64,000 nucleotides of DNA from NCBI GenBank assembly GCA_051047955.1, contig JBPGPT010000012.1, forward strand, positions 62,001 through 126,000. Reading direction: 5' to 3'. The position numbers were made by a program, and so were the translations under genes. Numbering within the stretch: the first letter of the stretch is position 1; each line of letters opens with the position of its first letter. Below the pieces are notes generated by a model. It ran no database searches. It saw only the letters and a program-made list of their open reading frames with translations, and was not told the origin of the DNA. The stretch is from Cystobasidiomycetes sp. EMM_F5 (Eukaryota). Positions 39,627 through 51,576 of the stretch are shown here, piece by piece.

Positions 39627-39814
39627 TGTGTCTGCGTGAACGATGTATCAGAGCATCTGCATATGTTGGCCAGGGATCACTGTGCAATCGCAGGAAAATG
39701 ATGCTGACTTTGGGAAATTCCGCCACCACGCAAAAAACATGACCGCGGGCAAGCTCTGCGAGTTTGCAATTGACTTCAAACGGACTGCACCAAATCATAT
39801 CCCAACTGCGCGCA

Positions 39815-41026
39815 ATGCTCAACGGCTCCACGTCGCAGCACTCGCTCGAGTGGAACAGTGCAGCGCCCTACCTCCAGTCGGCCTCCTACGATCTCGTCCC
39901 GGCCAGGATCAGCTACCCCATCTATCACGTCCAGGGCCGGGATGTGATGCCGGGGCTGAGCGACAAGTACCTCAGTCTCGCAACGCCCATCGTGTGCTAC
40001 TGGGTGTACAGCCTGCTCTGGCACTTTATCGATACCGCAGAGATTCCGTACTTTGAGCAGTATCGGATACACGAGCCAGAAGAGGTCAAGCGCAAGAATC
40101 GTGTGACGAGAACGACCGTCGTCCTCATGGTTGTCCTGCAGCACCTCATACAAACAGCGCTCGGCTGGTTCTGGCTCGAGGACGACCACGCCTTCTTGAC
40201 CGATCACCGGTCAGAGATGCAGCGGTACGCCGCATACACGGCAAAGGCAGCCTTTGCTCTGCTGGGTCCGAGGCTGGGTACAAAGGCACTCCGCTTTGGC
40301 GGACAAGAGTTTGTGAGCTGGATGTACTGGTGGGGTGTACCCATCATGCAGTTTGTTTGGGCAAGGTCAGTGAAACTAAACTCGGGCAGTGGCGGTTGGA
40401 CACCCTTGGTTGACATTTTCTGTAAATACAGCTTCATTATGGATACCTGGCAGTACTTTTGGCATCGTGCATTCCATGTCAACCGCTTCCTCTACAAGCA
40501 TATACACTCGGTTCACCACCGGTTGTACTGCCCGTACGCATATGGCGCTCTCTATAACCATCCGCTAGAGGGATTCATGCTGGACACTCTCGGTACCGTA
40601 GTAGCGCACGCTGCGAGTTTCCTATCTACACGTCAAGATATTCTCCTATTCGGCATATCGACCCTCAAAACCGTTGACGATCACTGCGGTTTTGCCCTGC
40701 CATGGGACCCATTCCAGCTCTTGTTTGGCAACAATGTTGCATACCACGACATTCACCACCAGCAATTTGGCATCAAGCGCAACTTTTCGCAGCCATACTT
40801 TACGCACTGGGATGTGCTACTCAATACACGCATGACGCCTGAGCAAGTCCCTGCCCGCATCAGAGATCGCTACAATGCCGGTCCATGCGCAGATATTGCA
40901 AAAGCGGACGCAGCGGCAGCTTTGGCCGCAGAAGCGGCTTCCGTTGCCGACGATGCATCTTCGACCGCTTCCTTCTCCTCTGAGCGTTCAACACCTGATG
41001 TCGTCGAGTCGAGAAAGGACTTGTGA
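39815..41026 (+). CDS. SUR2: Sphingolipid (sphinganine) C4-hydroxylase
   Basis: His boxes HRAFH, HSVHH, DDH and HDIHH; YCPYAYGALYNHPLEG; NFSQPYFTHWD; intron 40366-40431. Confidence 0.93.
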   Translation: MLNGSTSQHSLEWNSAAPYLQSASYDLVPARISYPIYHVQGRDVMPGLSDKYLSLATPIVCYWVYSLLWHFIDTAEIPYFEQYRIHEPEEVKRKNRVTRTTVVLMVVLQHLIQTALGWFWLEDDHAFLTDHRSEMQRYAAYTAKAAFALLGPRLGTKALRFGGQEFVSWMYWWGVPIMQFVWARSVKLNSGSGGWTPLVDIFCKYSFIMDTWQYFWHRAFHVNRFLYKHIHSVHHRLYCPYAYGALYNHPLEGFMLDTLGTVVAHAASFLSTRQDILLFGISTLKTVDDHCGFALPWDPFQLLFGNNVAYHDIHHQQFGIKRNFSQPYFTHWDVLLNTRMTPEQVPARIRDRYNAGPCADIAKADAAAALAAEAASVADDASSTASFSSERSTPDVVESRKDL

Positions 41027-41392
41027 TGCTCTCACAGTGTCCGTCTGCAAGTATCCATCTGTGTGCTTTGTGTACTACTACGCCGCTCGATATATCTATC
41101 AACCGTTGATCGGCGGATTGCCTTACGCCATAAAGCGTGATCGCTGCATTCAGGTTGCGCAACCCTTTCGTTTTCGCTCTTCCTACTCCTCCGCTCGGAG
41201 AAACCCAGACTGTTCTGCGGTCGTCGGATTTGGCCATTATTTCAGGTAGTTTCAGCGTTGTAGCATTCTTTAGTAACTGTATCTGCATAGTAAACCTAAT
41301 TCGTTGTTCTTGCAAGTCGAAGTCGTATGCGCGTTTGGAAGTTTGATAGACGTACTTGACTGGATTGCGTCTCCACTAACAAGTCTGGCGCC

Positions 41393-43069
41393 TCATCTAC
41401 GGAAACGGTTTAGGACTGACGTTTTCGGTAGCTTGGGTGGATTTGCAAGGCGGCCTGTGCGGGCATTATCGTAGAGGGCATTTTCAAAGTCGCCCAATAA
41501 AACGTCAAAAAAGCTCGTCACATCGGCTGCAGCGGTCGGTCCATCTACTTTGGAAGCATCAGCAGCAGCAGAACCAACGTTTGGAGGCGCAGAGATCAAT
41601 CCGAATAGGGCAGAATCTGGCGTCTCGTCACCAGAAGGATTGGCTCCCGTAATCTGAGCAGAAGAAGGTAGAGACAGCGAGTGATTTCGTGCGGCTGAAA
41701 AAGGTCCACGTGGATGCAGATTCTCTTCTTCCCTCCTGCGTCGCGCTTGCTCTTCTTCAGCTGCCTTGACCTGTCCAGCCGTCTTGGATGGCGCTACTTT
41801 GGGTTTTTTCGGCAGTCTCGACCGGCTCGTACCATTCTGGGGGTCCTTATGCACGCCTTCTGACTCCAAATCTTTCGAAATATGCTGCTGCTTTCGTTTG
41901 GCTTGCAACCGTGCCACCCGCTCAAGCTGTGCAGCTTTTTGGCTTTTCAATTTGGCTTCTTGGGTCTTAAGTAGCATTACTCGCCGTCTTGCAGTCTCCC
42001 GCGAATGCTCTATAAGCTCTACGCATATCTCATGTGCCAAAAAGCCGAGCATCTCGACAAGTTCGTCAGTGATGACCATGTCAATTGCTACGAGATGGGG
42101 ACTATTGCGAAAGCGGCGCAATGAGCAATGAGCCAACGAAGAGGGATTGAAGCATACCTGATAAATTCCATAAATCTCTTGCTAGGTGATTTATGTCCAA
42201 CGAAAGTCGCTTGACCACGTACTTCAGCAAACTGGATATAGTTTGCGAGTGACATATCTCGAGTAATCAGATCTGCATTGGCCAGCTTCCGAAAATGGTC
42301 GACAAGGCCGTCGTCCGCTAGCTCTTCTGCTACTTGATCAGCAGTCAATTGTTCCGGCTGCGCGTACTCCTCGAACAGCTGCAGTACATCGGTGTCTAAA
42401 GGATGCTGTTCCATGGCCGGCGTTACGGGAGTGTGATGTGCTGACACTTCAGAAGAGCACCATGCATCTTCCGGATCTTTATCTGGATCGTCGTCTTCGC
42501 CAGGCGCTTCGAGCTCTGATATGCCATATGCAGACTCCTTCGCCTTTCGTCGCGTCTCCTCCCACGACAAGTATTGACTCAAGCGATAAAATCTCGGCTT
42601 GTTTCGGAGATGTAGTAGCAGCAGCAGTAATCCATAGGGAGGTATCGGGGAAGCCGAGTTGGTGGGGCCAGCCGGTACCGACTGCCTCCGCATTTCGTGT
42701 TTGAGACGTGTGAGGATGTTTTTGAGGGCTGTCGTGAGGTAAGACTCGATAAAGGCTAGGACTGCGTGTGATGTGGAGGGTAACGAGTGTGCAATCAACT
42801 ATTGACAACGTGTGGCCGGAGGTTATAATCAGTACCGTCTGAGTTTCCCGCAGGCTGAGTTCTGAGCCGGCCGCCAGGCTCTGCCCAATCTCAATGAACT
42901 TACAAGCTGCGTGAGCTCCTGCTGGAAATGCATCGCAAGTTGGTGAGACAAAAGTGTGGCAATCTGGAAGCGTGTCACTTGAGCACCTTGTGCTCTCTCC
43001 AAACAAACGAAACATCTGACGCAGGCCGAGCAATATATCTGCTGAAGCACCTTGACATTCTGTAGTCAT
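41393..43069 (-). CDS. SPT3: SAGA subunit Spt3-like histone-fold protein, divergent
   Basis: RQMF, RLSQYLSWEETRRKAKE, KLANADLITRDMSLANYIQFAEVRGQATF..KRFMEFI and ELVEMLGFLAHEIC. Confidence 0.8.
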
Positions 43070-43158
43070 TGGCGAAGGGTGAGCGCAGGCAGCCTGCGGC
43101 GAATGACGGCACTCACGCAGACGCTCTTCAGTGTTGACAAATGAGAACAACGCAAACT

Positions 43159-43710
43159 ATGCTCAGTGACCGGTATACAGCGAGGTCCAGCTACTATGGA
43201 GCAACAGGCTACACAATGTCTCCTGGGCTCAAACGCGCGCGGGCTCCCTTTCGCTTTCGCAATGCCTTGACTGGACTAGCAATCGTCGGATTCGTCACTG
43301 CAGTTTACACCTATTCTATCAGCGCAGTCAGACAAGATGACTTTAGCGATCTCCCCGATGCATCCACACTACCTGGCAGCGCAAACGTAAAGACGATAGA
43401 GGAAGAATTGGCAGAAAAAGCTAAAGCTGGTGGCAGAGGTATCGGAGCAATGATGGGTTATGGAAGCAGCCCTCAAGGCGAAGGAGTCAAGCTACCACCA
43501 CAGCGGAGCAACTTTTCTTCACCGCAAACTTCGCCTCTATCCTCCTTGGCCACTTCATCACCAACGCCGTTGGAGACCCATCAGACCACTCCCGCTGCGT
43601 CTCAACGGTCGCAGAACAGGCTCATACCTGACGCACCAGACATTGATCGTCTTGGCAAGATGGGGGACAGACAAGATGTCATAACCAGCGAATCTCGTCG
43701 CCTGGTATAG
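43159..43710 (+). CDS. COA3: Cytochrome c oxidase assembly factor Coa3/CCDC56-like, with a C-terminal extension
   Basis: MSPGLKRARAPFRFRNALTGLAIVGFVTAVYTYSISAVRQDDFSDL; start at 43141 or 43159. Confidence 0.85.
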   Translation: MLSDRYTARSSYYGATGYTMSPGLKRARAPFRFRNALTGLAIVGFVTAVYTYSISAVRQDDFSDLPDASTLPGSANVKTIEEELAEKAKAGGRGIGAMMGYGSSPQGEGVKLPPQRSNFSSPQTSPLSSLATSSPTPLETHQTTPAASQRSQNRLIPDAPDIDRLGKMGDRQDVITSESRRLV

Positions 43711-43969
43711 CGCGTTTGACCAAATTCATTGTAGCATAGCCAAAACAGTCCATTTGCTCGCGTAGACGTGTATCTCTAATTCGAAGGTCATCTCGGCTAC
43801 GAAAGCCAGGCTTGCGGCTTTGGGTGGCCCAAAGCGCCATACTTTCGATTGCGCCTGGTCCGAGGATATGGTTTGCGTCAAGCCCACTCCCAAGGCCGAC
43901 ACAGGCAGCCCGGGCGGGCAACTCACGCTCCTTTCCAAAGCGCCCTGACCTCTTCGCCCGCAATGTGCC

Positions 43970-45190
43970 ATGTCGTGGCATAAGGACTCCCCGTACGAAG
44001 AAGGGTGAATTCCTAGCTATTTCGACCAACTTTCATCCTTGCCCGTTTCTGACCATCTAAATGTTCATACAGGCGCAGATCAGCCAGTACCAGTGGAGGT
44101 AGCTCCAACAATGGCTCAGTTGATGTCCTCCCACCGCGCAAAAAGTACCCGTCGCGCCGGTCTATACGGCATGATGCGTGAGTCCCGCAACGATGGCCAG
44201 TGTCAATTCACGCGATCCTGACATTCCTGCGTAATATACCTTCCGTAAAATCATCCACGGACCCCGACAGACCATGTCAGATAATCCCCATAAAAGGTCG
44301 CGGTTTGGGCATTGTTGCAACCCGTCCTTTGGAAGAAGGGGAGTTGATACTCCAGGAGCGAGCTCTCTTCAAACTGTGGCAGTCCCAACCTTCGGCAAGC
44401 GACATCAAAGCCCAGTTATCTCGCCTCTCTAAAGTCGATAAGGACACATTCTATGACCTTGCAAATAGCGAAAGTGAGGATGTTCCGATCGAGCAGGGGA
44501 TATGGGCGACCAACGTCTTTCAAATTGACAACACATACAAGGGCATCTTTCCCATAGCTTCGCGAATAAACTCCTCTTGTCGCCCTAATATAGCCTATTC
44601 TGAGGATCTCCGCGCTGGAGCATTACAGTTTCGCACTATCCGACCAGTGAAACGAGGCGAAGAGCTCTGCCATGCCTATGAGCCCGAACTGCATGTCCGC
44701 TCGGAACGCCAGAGAAGGTACAAGAGCAATTGGGATTTCGATTGCGCTTGCGAACTGTGCACAGCTTCGCAAGAGGATGTCGATGAGAGCGATGACCGCA
44801 TCTGCAGAATGAACAAGCTGGAGCAGCGAATCAAGCGAGAGAACCGAAGCCCAATCCTGCGCGATGCTGAGTACTATGAGATGGTCAGTAATCTCGGGTC
44901 CAAATGCTGTGTAATTACAAACAGCTAGTCTGACTTGTCGCATTCAGGTTTGGCGTATGCTGCAAATGCTCAAGACGGAGGGCAGACCCCATCTCCGTTA
45001 CGACTTCACTTCCGTAGCCTACAAGCGAGCGGTCGCAGGGGGAGATGCTGAACAATGCCGAAACTGGGCGAAACGTACGTACAAGTACGCGAAATTGCGC
45101 TTTGGCCGGAAAGACCCAAGGGCATTAGAATGGGCTGGTCTGACTCAGACGTGGGAGAAGAAGCTACTTCGCCAATCTGCCGAGCTGTAA
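43970..45190 (+). CDS. SET-domain (SMYD-like) lysine methyltransferase
   Basis: KGRGLGIVATRPLEEGELIL, IFPIASRINSSCRPN, GEELCHAY and post-SET WDFDCACELC; the 5' exons were reconstructed from splice sites. Confidence 0.85.
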
Positions 45191-45427
45191 CTATCCTTTC
45201 TCTAATCCACAATGGCTCTTCTCCCCTAGTTTACTGCGCTCGACCGCTCACAACGCGGCCTTGATTAATCAAATGAATCGGACTGTGTACTGCCCTGATT
45301 ACATACTGTTGTGACGGTTGATTGCAGTAAGATTCCAGATCCTACCTTGTCCTCGACTATCGTCATCCGATGTTAGTGGCAAAGTTGCCTGCTTGCATCC
45401 CATCATTTGAAAGTTACGCGCACAAAT

Positions 45428-46468
45428 ATGGCATGGCGGCAGTTCATCAACCGGAGTCTGGAGCACTTGCGCGAAGAGACCGCCAAGGGTGCAGCAGAGC
45501 TCCCTGCCATTCGTGCTCGCTTCGGCTGACCATTTGTGCTGGATCTGCGCCGTTCCTACAGTAATGCGAGCTTCTCCGCTCGATAGCAGCCTCAATACTA
45601 CTAGCTTGAAGATGGCTTCTCTCAGAAGCTCGGACGATGTTCAAAATTGGGTCATTGGCTGCGATTCAGACATTGGTGGTTTTTCGATTGCGAATCTCGA
45701 TACATATCCCTCCGGTAGTCCAGACGAAGGCAAAGGAAGGTTTTATGGTACTCTGAGCAGCAAAGTCAAACCTGGCCTCAAGCTCGGCGGGAACAAAATC
45801 GACCGAAGCGGTTATGCAGGCATTCGGACAAAGGTCTGTATCGACAAACAAAACTTTCTCTTCAGAATCCTAGGCTAACTACACGCACCACTCGCAGGCG
45901 AGACCGTCACTCTTTGGTCAACAGTTTTGGGATACTTCACGCTACACCTTCCTCAAAGTACGGGTGAAACCTGGCTTGGATGAGGGCATGAGGTATTTCA
46001 TCAACATACAGACAGACGGGCCAGGTCGGTCCATACTATTCGTGTATTTACACCCCAAAATCCTAATGACGATGCAACAGTCCAATCTGATCTCTTTCAA
46101 CATCGACTATGGCTAGGCGACCCAGGGAAATGGCAAGACGTGCTTGTACCGTTTCGCGACTTTACCCTAACCAACTCTGGATCTATGGCTGAGACCCAGA
46201 TTGAAATGTACAGAGAGAAGGTGGGTCATGGCGATATCTGTTAATATGAGAGTATGGGGGGCAGCTACCGACGCGTTTGTGACAGGTCCGGACAGTTGGT
46301 ATATCAATATTGGGTCCTGGAGAGGGTCCATTCGAGTTGGGGATTGAGAGCATCGAGAGCATCAACGTCGAAAGTCAGGATGCAGAATCTTTGTTGGCAA
46401 GCGGACGCAAGCGTGAACTCGCGGAACCCAGCATAGCCTATGTGATGAGTAAAGACAAGAACTCGTAA
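45428..46468 (+). CDS. CIA30: Complex I intermediate-associated protein 30 (CIA30/NDUFAF1)
   Basis: MAWRQFINRS, WVIGCDSDIGGFS, GRFYGTLS, SGYAGIRTK, YFINIQTDG, DLFQHRLW, WQDVLVPFRDFTLTN and FELGIESI. Confidence 0.9.
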
Positions 46469-47002
46469 GCGGATAGCGGATGCATAGTATGCTTCTGCGG
46501 TGAATATAGTGGGTACAGATCTCCGAGCTCATCGAATACGTGTATATTTCGGTAGACTTTGTTGACAATTTTAGTCCGGTAGCAACTGACCCCCAATATA
46601 AATGTACGTGAAATTGACAATTGCAGCGTATGTACGAGCGCGCGAAGTATTCTCATCCATGCTAGACTGACCCAGCGCTCGAAAAGACAAATGTTCACTT
46701 CGTATGACAGCCATACAGATTTGGCTCAGCATGGAGCAGCAGCAGCACCTCCACCACCAGGGACACAAAGCATAGGAGACAGCCAGCGCGAGATCGTCAC
46801 TAACGTTATCTCTCTAACTGCATTTCTTTCTAACTTACCCCTTGACCGCGTCATGTGCACCGGTCTGTGCGCACGTGCCCGCGTGCCGCTGTTTATTGTT
46901 CTGTCAGAATTGCATTCCTCAGGAGACATAGCGAGCCGTACGTACAGTGCTACTGTACGCGTTGCAACCGCTTGCCTGCTAATAACACTGAGCACAACCA
47001 CT

Positions 47003-48453
47003 ATGATCAGGACGAAGGGGCGTCGATATACGCGCTTCTTGACAGCAATTCTGGCCATGCATTGGGCAAGGGCAGCGGCGTTTGAGTCAACCCAATCGAA
47101 CCCGGACAATGCGCAAAAGTTCATTGTATATCAACCAGACGTGACGCTATATCCATATACCGTAGGTAGCTCGCTCTGAGTACATTGACATGGATGCTGA
47201 CAGCTTCTGTGCGTGCAGATACATCTCCCGGACAGGACTACGCGTAGCTTGTCCCCCTTGACCACGCCTCCACCCGTACTACTATCGTTGAGTGGCAGTG
47301 GAGCGCGAGGACCTGCCAGTCAAGCTGCAGTGGTGTGTATGCATCCCAGACTGTTCTTGAAGCGAAGACTGAGACGCATGCACAATACAGTTGTCTGGCT
47401 ATGACGGCGCGTCACGAAAAATACAAGAATACAACGGCGGTGCACGTACGCCAGCGCATTTGACGGCTGCTGAAGAGTCAGTCGTCTGCTATTGCGTGCC
47501 TCTCATGCACTCTTAATTGTATGTCGTTGCAGATTCTTGACGATCACGCCTATATGCCCGAACAATTCGCCCCAGAGTGATGCAAATGTGAGTCTGCGCG
47601 CCCTGAGACTTTGTAGAGATAATCAGCTGAATGTGCTCATTTCAGTGGGACGCGAGCAAATTCTTCAAGATCCTGTACGATGTCTCTCAGATGTACGAGG
47701 TCGACCTCACGCGTGTACGTATCACATCCGGCACTAGACTGTCTGCATATGCTCATGAGATTTCGTAGGTCTATCTGTCCGCGTATAGCATGGGAGCACG
47801 AGCTTCCTGGGACTTGCTCATGAGCAATCCAAATATATTCGCCGGCGCCGTTCTCGCTAGCGGGGCTACCTATGTCGGGCCGGCCGACCTGTCGAAGTTG
47901 GTGGGCATACCCATCCGGAACTACATCGGGTCACAAGACGATGTCGGCTTGTCACAGTCTGCCAACTTGACCTATGCATCATATGTAGGCTACAAAGCTG
48001 CTGGAGGATTGGATCTAGCTAATTCCGTCATACTACTAGTCGAAAGCGCTAAGTTCAGTACAATCATCTTTGCCCTCGCAAATCGTTGCAAGCACGCTGC
48101 AGATGCTTACTGTGCCGGGCGCTAATCATCTCACGATGACAAACCGGCCTTGGGATTCAGACGTGATTTTCGACGGCTACCCTGGCGCATTGAGCTGGCT
48201 TCTCGCACAGCATCGTCCACAGGGTGCTGCTATCCCAGGAGTTGATCTGGCTAGTTATCCTAGCTTTACTGTCAATGCTGCAAATGCTAGTCGGTCGGCT
48301 AGCAACAGCACAAATACTACGGCAACTGCACCGCAATTCACAGCGGCGGCGAAAGCTGCGGGAGTGCTCGACTCTGGCACCAGCCATCGTAATATGATAC
48401 CCTGCGCGATTCTACTGTCGCTGCCTCTGCTGTTGATCGGCAGGTTCGTGTGA
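47003..48453 (+). CDS. Secreted, probably GPI-anchored alpha/beta hydrolase (paralog 1)
   Basis: Signal peptide; LLSLSGSGARG; ITPICP; VDLTR|VYLSAYSMGA; NPNIFAG; GSQDD; ANH; S/T/A-rich linker and hydrophobic C-terminus. Confidence 0.8.
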
Positions 48454-48961
48454 CCTACGGCATATGGAAATGTGGGGCAGCTGGGCTTTATCGGGCTTTT
48501 GTTGTTGTGACTAGTATCGGAGTATGGAGGCGCGACATGGAAGTGTGACGAAGTCAGAGCGAAGCTTTCATGCGCCATCCTCATGTTGCTCTTTGGGCCC
48601 AGACCGCTCTTGGCTTTGTACGAACAGTTCGAGAACTAGTAAACTGCTCAATTGCCTACACCCGGGTTTGCACGCAGAGAACACCAGCGTGCTTATGCAG
48701 GGCCGTCAACACCACAGTAGCTGTATCCCATGCATTCACTTATTACCATGCCGAGTCTCGCCCGCTTCTCCGGCGCGAAGACAATGATGTCGATGGCGGT
48801 AATCGATGTTTGGCTGGACGAAGCGTTTGACGTAGCAACACTCTCCTGATCAGTGCCGTGCTGGTCATCTCCCAGCACTTTGTGGCCTGGATTTCCCTCA
48901 CCGTGACGTCTCACCTTCCACGCAGCTCAACACACACTGAAATTCTGAGCCTTATGCAACC

Positions 48962-50335
48962 ATGCAACTCATTCTGCTTGTGCTGATTGCTGAGATAGCA
49001 CGACTGGCTGACGCTGCCGGAGCATCGGAACGCTGGCTCGTTTTCAATCAAAATACAACTTTTTATCCTTATACTGTATGTTGGGACGCTTCTCGCCGGC
49101 TTGGAATCACACGGTGACATCAAGTAAACAGGTCCATCTTCCGGATAGGACCACACGAAACTTGCAAAATCTGACCGCTCCTCCGCCGCTCCTCCTGTCG
49201 CTGAGTGGAAGTGGTGCTAGAGGCCCTGCAAGTCAAGCTATCAGCGTACGTGAGAGTATATCACAGACTCGTCCGTGCTCATCAACGTTTTGCACGATCA
49301 GCTTTCGGGTTACGATGGAACGTCCAGACGCGTACGCGAGTACTATGAAGGCAATGTGTCTTTGTCGCATAGACAAGCAGCCGAGGAGTAAGTCAAGCCT
49401 TCCGGAATAATCGGCATTGTTCTTCTGATGTTTGCCCAAATATCTGTATCACCAGATTTTTAGTGGTAACTCCCATTTGTCCCGACTTGGTTCCGCAGCC
49501 TCAAGCTACCGTGAGCATCCTAGTCAGGACACTGCATTGGGCTGACGAGAAATCAGTGGAATATTACGCTCCTTCCCGATATCATCCGTGACGTCCAAAT
49601 GCAATTCCCTGTCGATACTACCAGAATCTACCTCACATCGTATTCAATGGGATGCTGGGCCACCTACGACCTCTTGATGAAGAATCCGACGCTCTTCGCT
49701 GGAGTCATCTGCAGTAGTGGAGCCACCGGTGCCAGCCAAGCAGAATTGTCCAAGCTACTTGGGATTCCCTTGCGTGTCTACTACGGCGAGAAGGACGCGG
49801 AGAGCATGGTCACACAGATCAAGGCAACGCAACAGCGCTATGTATGTGTCCCTTCCAATGACACGAGTGACGTTAGCTTAGCACGAGTCTTTACAGGACG
49901 CAGCCCTAGCTGCTGCAAAAGCGGGTGGTAACGTCACATTCAATACTTCAAACATACTTGAGACTATCTTAATACCAGGTGCAACGCATCTTGATATGAC
50001 GGATGATCCATGGGATGAATCGACAGTCACGGATGGTTATGCCGGCGCTCTGAGCTGGCTTCTAACTCAGCAGCGCGCAAGCAACAGTGAGCTAGCACAT
50101 TTTCGTCGCAGAGTTGTGCTGAAGTCTACGTGACACAGCAACCATGCTTGCAGCGGACCCTATCGTTACTTCTATATCGACCGGACTTGCGATACCTGTG
50201 GTTGCTGCTCAAACGGCAACACCACCGAAGGCTTCAATAACCAGTGGCGCCGCCGGACTACATCTTATACCGTTAAGGCTCTTTCTTGCTGTAGTCCTAA
50301 GCTTGCTTGTCACGCACCTTAAAGCGGGGATTTGA
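48962..50335 (+). CDS. Secreted, probably GPI-anchored alpha/beta hydrolase (paralog 2, tandem duplicate)
   Basis: MQLILLVLIAEIARLADA; HLPDRTTR..LLLSLSGSGARGPASQA shared with paralog 1; VDTTRIYLTSYSMGC; YGEKD; ATH; SGA followed by a hydrophobic tail. Confidence 0.8.
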
Positions 50336-50543
50336 CTTAGTTGTGTGGCGCGCACCAGTATATCTTTGTGATTTCTAGGAAGCGCAGAGCGGACACTGGA
50401 TTTGCCGCAGGAGACGTTGTATTTCACACCCCAACAGAACATTCGTATGGACGTACTGGATTCTACGTGTTTACCAGCGAATGCCGATCATGTGCACTTA
50501 GAAAGCTGCTCCTTCCCGACACACAAACGCTGACTCCGTCAAC

Positions 50544-51346
50544 ATGGGCTTTCGGACTGCGGCAGTTGTTACGACAACATGCTTTCTGCTAGGTTGGCTC
50601 CCATTGAGCCATTTCGGGCAACAGACTGGCGTTTCTTACGATGTGTCTTTTGCAGGAGTACTGTTGATTGGTCTGGCTAGCGCAGATTTCCCTATTCTCT
50701 ACAGCCAAAAGAGCACCGCTGCCGACCTGGACAGAGCCGAGCGCTACTATCTGACGCTGTTCAATGCCCCTGGAGCGATACCGGCCCTACTTCACGCAAT
50801 GGTGGGTTCAGCCATTCGGTATCGCACGTAATGCATATTGCGGATGGGCTGCTTACCTGAATATGTCCATAGATTGGCGTCGGTCTTCTCAGTTTGTGTA
50901 CCAAGTTCGCTCGATGGGAAGAGACGAATCTCTTCTTTGACGGATCTTCAATAGGTAAGTCATGTCATATCAAGACAAACCGTAACGCTGATGAAGATTC
51001 TCCACCAGCTCTGATGATTGCAGCGGTTGGCATGTATGCATCAGTCAGCATACCCAATCTGCGGATTCTGGCGCGCCAACCCATCCAACAGCAACAAAAT
51101 ACGCTCGGTGGCAGGCTTCGGGCCTTCTTATCACAGCCAATGGCGACTCCGGAGGAAGCTGCAGAAGTGCCGGAGCCGTTGAGCGATATTATGCGCTTCG
51201 AGACAACAAGTCTGCTATGCGCTGCCAACAATCTGATCATTGCAGCGTTGGTCGGCGTTCTAATGTTTCAGGCTGCCCAGGCATATGCGCACAGACAATA
51301 CCTCAAGGAGATGGCCAAGATGAATTCTGTGAAAAAGACGCAGTAA
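50544..51346 (+). CDS. SHR3: ER membrane chaperone for amino-acid permeases, Shr3
   Basis: MGFRTAAVV..CFLLG, YYLTLFNAP, KFARWEETNLFFDGSSI, LCAANNLII..LMFQAAQAYA; ends in KKTQ (KKxx ER retrieval signal). Confidence 0.88.
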
Positions 51347-51576
51347 AACATGTGTCCATTGCAATCGTGCTACTTAAACAGTAAACAAGCAATAACTGTC
51401 AACCGTGTATATACTGTCTAGTGCTACAGATTGCAAGCAGAACTCATCACACAATACCGTTTGCCGTCCCTAAGCTCACTTCTTCCGTTGACTGAATCTA
51501 GAATCTGTTGTTCCCATATTTACTTAATTCCAGCACTGAAAACGTCCATCGGGTATTCACGCTGGCTTGACTTTTT

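Noticed and set aside
45188..45200. Stop followed by CTA in the SET gene as a readthrough signal
   Set aside because: The stop is TAA rather than the leaky TGA-CTA, and the short extension has no targeting signal.
46442..46468. GTGATGA box C-like motif
   Set aside because: It lies within the final coding exon of CIA30, and no matching D box or terminal stem was seen.
48570..48830. 86-aa ORF between the tandem hydrolases as the first exon of paralog 2
   Set aside because: A better signal-peptide exon starts at 48962 and matches paralog 1 (YPYT|).
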